From positions 1-52,791 of IMG/VR virus record IMGVR_UViG_3300020055_001962: a DNA stretch of 52,791 nucleotides. One strand, 5' to 3'. Of the stretch, positions 47,901 through 52,791 are shown piece after piece. Under the pieces are notes generated by a model that made no database searches, was not told the DNA's origin, and was given only the letters and a program-made list of their open reading frames with translations. Source of the stretch: a virus (taxonomy: Duplodnaviria; Caudoviricetes). Each line of letters opens with the position of its first letter. Position 1 is the stretch's first letter. The position numbers were made by a program, and so were the translations under genes.

Positions 47901-48423
47901 TATCTGTTGTTATAGTTGTTGCACCAACTATATGAGTGCGTAAAAACGGATCTGCATTAGCATTAAGGAATGTATGCGGTACTGTAGTATCAACTAAGTA
48001 AACACCACCGTCAGCAGGAATACGATACACACAGTCAGTTTCGTCGTTGTGTCCGTCTCTTATAATCCACATATTGTGTTCATTGGTATACAGTGGAATA
48101 TGTATTCTTGGACTATTATCTAAATGCCATGCGTATGTAAATTTTTCATGCATCCACATTTTTCTAGTTCTGAGCATTTTGTATTCTATAATAATAGAAT
48201 TTAAATAAGGAAATTCGTCATCAGAATATATTAGTGTGTCGTAATCAAACTCGTCTGTTCTTAAAACAAAATTTGTGCCTTTTGACTCTTCTGCATCATT
48301 TGCGTCTTTCTTTTTTTGAAAAGGAAACTGTCTTGGACCTTCAGTTGGCTTCTCAATGTGTCCTATTTCTTTCATAAGACGCTCTAAATCAATTTCACCT
48401 ATCTTTTCAATTGGCCAGCTCAA
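47872..48423 (-). CDS. Asp/Asn beta-hydroxylase-like Fe(II)/2OG oxygenase
   Basis: YAWHLD..PRIHIPL.TN, DG.VYLVDTT.PHTFLN...R.HIV. Confidence 0.8.
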   Translation of the reverse strand: MSWPIEKIGEIDLERLMKEIGHIEKPTEGPRQFPFQKKKDANDAEESKGTNFVLRTDEFDYDTLIYSDDEFPYLNSIIIEYKMLRTRKMWMHEKFTYAWHLDNSPRIHIPLYTNEHNMWIIRDGHNDETDCVYRIPADGGVYLVDTTVPHTFLNANADPFLRTHIVGATTITTDTIPLPKNHS

Positions 48424-48932
48424 ATTTCTTCTCCTATACTAATCTTTTTCCATTTTTCGTTTATGTATATGATTAGTCCATGATCTTCTGATACTACAAT
48501 CATACCATTTTGCGGAACAGTATTTTTTAAGTCTTCTTCGGATAACACAGGTAAACAAAGTGTGCCGTGTATAGTACCTTTTACATCTAACTCGTGTTTT
48601 GGTACTGTAGTACCTATACCTAATTTACCGTTTCTAAACGTAAGAGTTGATTTGTCGTCATCTATGATTCCGTTGTTTGTAGTTGCGAGAAGTATATAAT
48701 CTTCTCCGCCAAGAATCATACTTTCGGTCCAAACACCTTGAACATCGTGACGTTCAAAGTATATTCCGCCGTATGAAGTTATATCGTTGGGGTCGTTATC
48801 AAGAGAATTGCGCCGCAGTTTTAAAACACTTCGATCATCGTTATTATGAATAACTAGATTAGTGCGATTTGCGGGTGCATCGTTTAAAATGTGTAAATTA
48901 CTGTTTTTAGGATCTACATGCAATACTGTCAT
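48420..48932 (-). CDS. Short fibre-tip-like protein resembling the C-terminus of 48951..50069
   Basis: GKLGIGTTVP..ELDVKG and NGMIV...W motifs shared with the adjacent fibre gene. Confidence 0.55.
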   Translation of the reverse strand: MTVLHVDPKNSNLHILNDAPANRTNLVIHNNDDRSVLKLRRNSLDNDPNDITSYGGIYFERHDVQGVWTESMILGGEDYILLATTNNGIIDDDKSTLTFRNGKLGIGTTVPKHELDVKGTIHGTLCLPVLSEEDLKNTVPQNGMIVVSEDHGLIIYINEKWKKISIGEEI

Positions 48933-48950
48933 TACATAATTAATTATGTA
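48933..48950. repeat. Perfect 18-bp palindrome TACATAATTAATTATGTA filling the whole intergenic gap
   Basis: Directly visible in the sequence. Confidence 0.85.
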
Positions 48951-50069
48951 TTAAGCAGCAGTACCATCGTCTATATTGATCCAAGCACCGTTTTGGTAAC
49001 CTTGGAATCTATTATCGCTTGAATTATAAACAACCATCCCGTTCGCTGCAGAAATTGCGTCACGCTCAGCAGTTGTATAACTACCAAATTGTACAAATCC
49101 TTGTGCTGTAATTGTACCACCAATAGCATCAACAATAGGAGTCGAATCGTCTGCTACTAATGAACCTCTAAAACTTGCAGCATCAACTTGGCCACTAACT
49201 ACAGCATTACCTCTTACATCAAGTTTTTCTTGAGGATCGTCGCAGTTGATACCTAGTCTACCTTGTCTGTTAAACACCATAACATTGCTGATACCTGTAG
49301 CGCCGGATTCATCAAATGTTAAGAAAATAATTCTACCTGGTGAAACGCCGTCGCTTACAGTGGTATACTTGTCAACTGCTAGTTTAATAACTGCTGTAGT
49401 TGAATGGTCAGTACCTGTCCAGCCAGCACCAACCAAGTCAATAATAGTGTCGCCCGGCTGTACTGGATTTGGAGCAGTAAGTGAATCTCTTGCTGCAAAA
49501 AAGTCTATATTTGAACCGTTGCTGCCCGGAGTTAGTGTATTAAAAGTTGCTAGTGTTGGTTGTATAACACCGTCGGATTGTACAAGTAAGTATTCTGTTT
49601 GTGTTTGTACGTTATTAACAACGCCAATAACTAGATTATTAACGCCATCTACAAGTAAACTAGAGTCGTCGCCAAATACACTACCAGTAAGTTCACCGTC
49701 AAAAGTATCTGCTAGTGGATAGTTTGCCGGGACAAACGCTTGTGCAGTAGCATCCCATACTAGAACTTGACCGTCAAGAATTCCAAGCGCATTAACATCA
49801 GAAAGATCAACCAAAGGAAGTTCACCAGCAACCCAGTCTCCTGTTGGACTATCGTACTGAAGAACGTCACCGTCTTGCGGTAATGCAGCATCTACATCGT
49901 TTAATTGACCTAGTTCATTAACAACTTCGCCGGTAATTCTAACACCACCAACTGTTGTTCCATCACCAACATAAATTTCGTTAGTGTCTGTAATATATAC
50001 TAGTTCGCCTTCGGCAGGCGTAATTAATGCTCTTTGTGCATCTGTACCGCGTCTTAATCTAAGGGCCAT
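48951..50069 (-). CDS. Tail fibre-like protein with Mtd/hyaluronidase-type N-terminal domain
   Basis: LRLRRGT...P.EGEL...D...YVGDG N-terminus; LxxLxDV..G.VL.(Y/W)D repeats; GSxxxDDS repeats; GRLGI..P.EKLDVRG; GMVVYN....FQGY..GAW. Confidence 0.75.
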   Translation of the reverse strand: MALRLRRGTDAQRALITPAEGELVYITDTNEIYVGDGTTVGGVRITGEVVNELGQLNDVDAALPQDGDVLQYDSPTGDWVAGELPLVDLSDVNALGILDGQVLVWDATAQAFVPANYPLADTFDGELTGSVFGDDSSLLVDGVNNLVIGVVNNVQTQTEYLLVQSDGVIQPTLATFNTLTPGSNGSNIDFFAARDSLTAPNPVQPGDTIIDLVGAGWTGTDHSTTAVIKLAVDKYTTVSDGVSPGRIIFLTFDESGATGISNVMVFNRQGRLGINCDDPQEKLDVRGNAVVSGQVDAASFRGSLVADDSTPIVDAIGGTITAQGFVQFGSYTTAERDAISAANGMVVYNSSDNRFQGYQNGAWINIDDGTAA

Positions 50070-50100
50070 CCTTTGAACTCCTGAAATGTTCTGTTATATA

Positions 50101-50108
50101 TATTTATC
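50101..50108 (-). promoter_or_regulatory. T4-like late promoter GATAAATA (minus strand)
   Basis: TATTTATC on the + strand, upstream of AGGAG and ATG 50069. Confidence 0.65.
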
Positions 50109-50110
50109 TC

Positions 50111-50422
50111 TTACTTACGTTTCTTCAAAAACTGCCGAGTTCGATTCTTAACATCTTTTATAACTTTTTGTGTATCTAATCTGAAGTCTATATTAGCAAT
50201 ATGCTCACTATATTCATCGAAAAAGGTAGCAAGACTAGTTTCTAAATCTTCGTTACTAGCCTTAGCAGTCTTTTCTAAATCAATTTCCCACATTTTTCCG
50301 TCCTTAAATTCAACACGGACGGAAACTAGATATTCAACAGGAATAGTCTGTATCTCTACATCCTTAAATACCTCTGGCCAGTGTCTTACTACTTCGGGGG
50401 GAAAACGACCACTTTTAGACAC
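50111..50422 (-). CDS. Conserved hypothetical phage protein
   Basis: Likely GTG start at 50422 overlapping the upstream stop; HWPEVF...P.EY motif. Confidence 0.65.
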   Translation of the reverse strand: MSKSGRFPPEVVRHWPEVFKDVEIQTIPVEYLVSVRVEFKDGKMWEIDLEKTAKASNEDLETSLATFFDEYSEHIANIDFRLDTQKVIKDVKNRTRQFLKKRK

Positions 50423-51029
50423 TTTCTTCTGTTTTCTTCGTTTTCTTCTTAGTAGGAACAAGTTCTTCTGCTTGTTCTCTTAAGGCCTTTGCTTCCTTAA
50501 AAAGTGCATCTGCTTGTGAACGATACTGTGCGGCCAACTGCTCGTCTGTAAGTACACCATCACTGGCTGCAACTGGTGCTGTTTCTTCTGTATACAACGC
50601 AGCCGCATCTACTGCACCTTCCGGTGCTGGAGCAATTGACGGTGTTGTACGCATTGCTAAATCGCCTACAGTAACACCTTTCTGTTGTGCAATTACTTCG
50701 TTAAGCTCAGAGAGTTTAATAGTAGTATTTGCGTTAGGTGTCATTTCTACGTCTGCTGTAGGAACTTTGCGCATCTTACCTGTTGTATGGAAGCCTGCAA
50801 GCATGTTGCGTCCGTCGGGCAAGTATGCACGAGCCATTGCTACTGCAAATTCTTCTGCTTCTTGTCCAGCGGCAGATTCAACAGCTCTCATTAGAGCATC
50901 GTGTTCGTCTGCTGATAAATTTTCTGTAGTGATAACTACGCAGTTCTCTGGTTCATCTGGAACTACGCGATATGCAACTACAACTTTTCTTCTATTTGCG
51001 GCAATTCTACCGACATGTTTTAGTGCCAT
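50415..51029 (-). CDS. Conserved hypothetical phage protein with C-terminal coiled coil
   Basis: MALKHVGR N-terminus; AAQYRSQADALFKEAKALREQA heptads; GGAG RBS. Confidence 0.75.
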   Translation of the reverse strand: MALKHVGRIAANRRKVVVAYRVVPDEPENCVVITTENLSADEHDALMRAVESAAGQEAEEFAVAMARAYLPDGRNMLAGFHTTGKMRKVPTADVEMTPNANTTIKLSELNEVIAQQKGVTVGDLAMRTTPSIAPAPEGAVDAAALYTEETAPVAASDGVLTDEQLAAQYRSQADALFKEAKALREQAEELVPTKKKTKKTEESV

Positions 51030-51030
51030 A

Positions 51031-51279
51031 TTACGCTCCTTGTTGTGGCTGTGCCTTGGCTACTGCATCTAGGAATGTTTCTAGTTTTGCGTATGTTTGA
51101 CCAACCGTCATCATTTCATTCGGTTTAAATGCACCACGCTGACTTGCAACATCAATAATTGATTTTAAGTTCTGCAAATCTTGTACAGTTAAATCCGGAC
51201 CTTGTTGTGTAGGTGCTTCAGGTGCAGTTGCAGCCTCTGGTGCGGCTGTTGCTTCGGAAACTTTTTTCTCGTCGCTCAT
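51031..51279 (-). CDS. Small conserved hypothetical phage protein
   Basis: AAGGAG RBS; LTVQDL...IIDVA..RGAF...E...VG motif; ATTAAATA late-like motif upstream (51316-51323). Confidence 0.75.
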   Translation of the reverse strand: MSDEKKVSEATAAPEAATAPEAPTQQGPDLTVQDLQNLKSIIDVASQRGAFKPNEMMTVGQTYAKLETFLDAVAKAQPQQGA

Positions 51280-51318
51280 ATTTTTAAACTCCTTACGTTA
51301 TATATATGCGTACTTTAT

Positions 51319-51609
51319 TTAATTATATTTCAAATGTGGACACGCCAACATGAAATAACTCATGTCTTTGTTCTCTTCAAACCCTACTGTAACAACATTA
51401 ACCATTTTTCTTTGGTCGTCTAGTGTTACATTACGGCTTAAATAGAACCTTTTCTTACAGTTCTTTTTAATCCACTTAGCAATACTTTGCTCCATATTGT
51501 AAGTATAGGGTAAATTAATATATTCAAAGTGAGGTGGTGCTGATTTTACCTGCCTCACGTTGAAAACGTTTAATGGATTTGGATCTTTTCTATGCAGCAT
51601 GTTCTTCAT
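51319..51609 (-). CDS. Hypothetical protein
   Basis: 96 aa; NPLN...VGFE...SYF.L; start uncertain. Confidence 0.65.
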   Translation of the reverse strand: MKNMLHRKDPNPLNVFNVRQVKSAPPHFEYINLPYTYNMEQSIAKWIKKNCKKRFYLSRNVTLDDQRKMVNVVTVGFEENKDMSYFMLACPHLKYN

Positions 51610-52789
51610 AGTGTGCAGTTATACCAAATGGTGCTTGTACGTTTTTGTCATGGTGTGAATGTAGCACAAAAATAGTATCGCAGTAATTGTCATCACCCCA
51701 ACTATCCCAAGCATAACCGTCTGTGAACATGATAAACTTTTTAGGAATAATGTCGTTTTCTTTCATATACTCCCAGTTACACATGAAGTCGGTGCCACCA
51801 CCACCCATAATTTCATAATCACTAAGATCATCGCCGCTATCTGCGCTGTAATCTTGTTCGTTATAAACTTTAGTGTCAAAACACCAAATTTTAACATTGT
51901 AGTCTTTGAACTCGTCCATAATACCTTTGACTTCACTCAAAAACACTTTTGCCTGTTCGTCGCCAATTGACCCTGACATATCTAATGATACGCAAATATC
52001 AATCTGTTGTGCAAAGTTTTGTCCAGGCAGGATAGCACCAGTGTGCCAACCTTTGCGTGAAGGACGACTAAATGTAAAATCATGTCTAATAGTAGACTGA
52101 ATCTGTTGGCGCAGTATTTCACGCCAGTTCATTTTAGGTTCTGTAAGTTCTTTGATCATACGTTCGACACCTGCAGGAACATTACCAGCACCAGCAGTTT
52201 GTGCCGCTGAGATCATATTTTCTTTAATCTCGTCACGAATTTTACGTAGATCTTCTTTAGAATATTTAGGACGTTTTTTGCTAATCTTGTTGCCGTTTGA
52301 ATCTTCACCTTCGGAACCACTGTCGCCTTCGCCTTCGTTATCGCCCCAATCAAGGTGTTCGTCTAAAAGTTCACCTAGTTGTTTTAATTGTTCTTCGTCA
52401 TACTTGCCAAAAATGTCGTCGTATACTGCTTCAGAAGTCCAGTTTTCGTATTTGAAATCTTGGAAGCAGTCAACAAGTTTAGGCATTTCGCCAATACGAT
52501 CACGAACAAGTGTATTGTTCACAATGTAGTCAGCGGCAATATTATAAATTTGTGGATCGCGATCTTCTCTGCGTTCTAAGTGATCAAATACACAGTGCAA
52601 GATCTCATGTGCAATAACGAACTCAATTTCTTTGTTCGACATTGCATTAAAAAATTGTGTGTTGAAGTATAAATTACGACCGTCTACAGCCGCAGTAGGA
52701 CACCAATCATCTGCAGACATAATACGTAAACGAGTTGCCATGTTGCCAAAAAATGGATGACGAAGTAGCAAGCCTACTCGTGCAACAAT
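51590..52789 (-). CDS. DUF2201 metallopeptidase-like / VWA-domain protein, 5'-truncated
   Basis: TAAVDG, HEILH (HExxH), NIAADY..N, MIDAS DMSGS, FDT, GGGGTDF, FTDG; frame open to the window end. Confidence 0.88.
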   Translation of the reverse strand: MVARVGLLLRHPFFGNMATRLRIMSADDWCPTAAVDGRNLYFNTQFFNAMSNKEIEFVIAHEILHCVFDHLERREDRDPQIYNIAADYIVNNTLVRDRIGEMPKLVDCFQDFKYENWTSEAVYDDIFGKYDEEQLKQLGELLDEHLDWGDNEGEGDSGSEGEDSNGNKISKKRPKYSKEDLRKIRDEIKENMISAAQTAGAGNVPAGVERMIKELTEPKMNWREILRQQIQSTIRHDFTFSRPSRKGWHTGAILPGQNFAQQIDICVSLDMSGSIGDEQAKVFLSEVKGIMDEFKDYNVKIWCFDTKVYNEQDYSADSGDDLSDYEIMGGGGTDFMCNWEYMKENDIIPKKFIMFTDGYAWDSWGDDNYCDTIFVLHSHHDKNVQAPFGITAHYEEHAA

Positions 52790-52791
52790 AA

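Noticed and set aside
19291-48423. Classical RiPP cluster with a dedicated precursor peptide
   Set aside because: No convincing leader/core peptide, RRE/PqqD domain, YcaO, protease or exporter was seen, and the intergenic space is too small to hide much. A precursor elsewhere in the genome cannot be excluded.
48951-50069. Diversity-generating retroelement target (Mtd-like N-terminus)
   Set aside because: No reverse transcriptase and no TR/VR repeat pair was seen; only the generic N-terminal anchor resembles Mtd
1-52791. CRISPR arrays, tRNAs, rRNA, integrase/transposase, inteins, alternative genetic code
   Set aside because: No regularly spaced repeats, cloverleaf-sized gaps, mobile-element motifs or intein termini were noticed. 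ORFs tile densely under the standard code, with TAA, TGA and TAG all used as stops.

Overview
AT-rich, gene-dense segment of a large tailed phage (jumbo/T4-like myovirus type). The evidence is T4-style late promoters (TATAAATA and variants), sigma70-type promoters, and the absence of host housekeeping genes. The window has three blocks. (1) 1-19.2 kb, + strand: a virion tail/baseplate module with a 5'-truncated giant structural protein (>3660 aa), three paralogous fibre proteins sharing an N-terminal domain, and two paralogous FFNxGG-motif structural proteins. (2) 19.3-48.4 kb: a ~29-kb island of about 35 mostly enzyme-like ORFs that reads like a biosynthetic or tailoring cluster. It holds 4-5 glycosyltransferase-like proteins, 7 radical SAM proteins (one cobalamin-dependent), 3 stand-alone SPASM/twitch-like Fe-S proteins, 4 nitroreductase-fold proteins, 8 Fe(II)/2OG-type oxygenases, a DegT aminotransferase, a CmcH/NodU carbamoyltransferase, a triple-domain methyltransferase, a fatty acid desaturase, a GNAT and an ABM-like protein. 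(3) 48.4-52.8 kb, - strand: two fibre-like genes, four hypothetical genes and a DUF2201/VWA metallopeptidase. The most unusual elements are a nitroreductase - short radical SAM - separate SPASM-like cassette repeated three times, and a phycobiliprotein-like domain that keeps the bilin-attachment Cys and is fused to the nitroreductase of the first cassette. All family calls come from motif recognition by eye; no searches were run.
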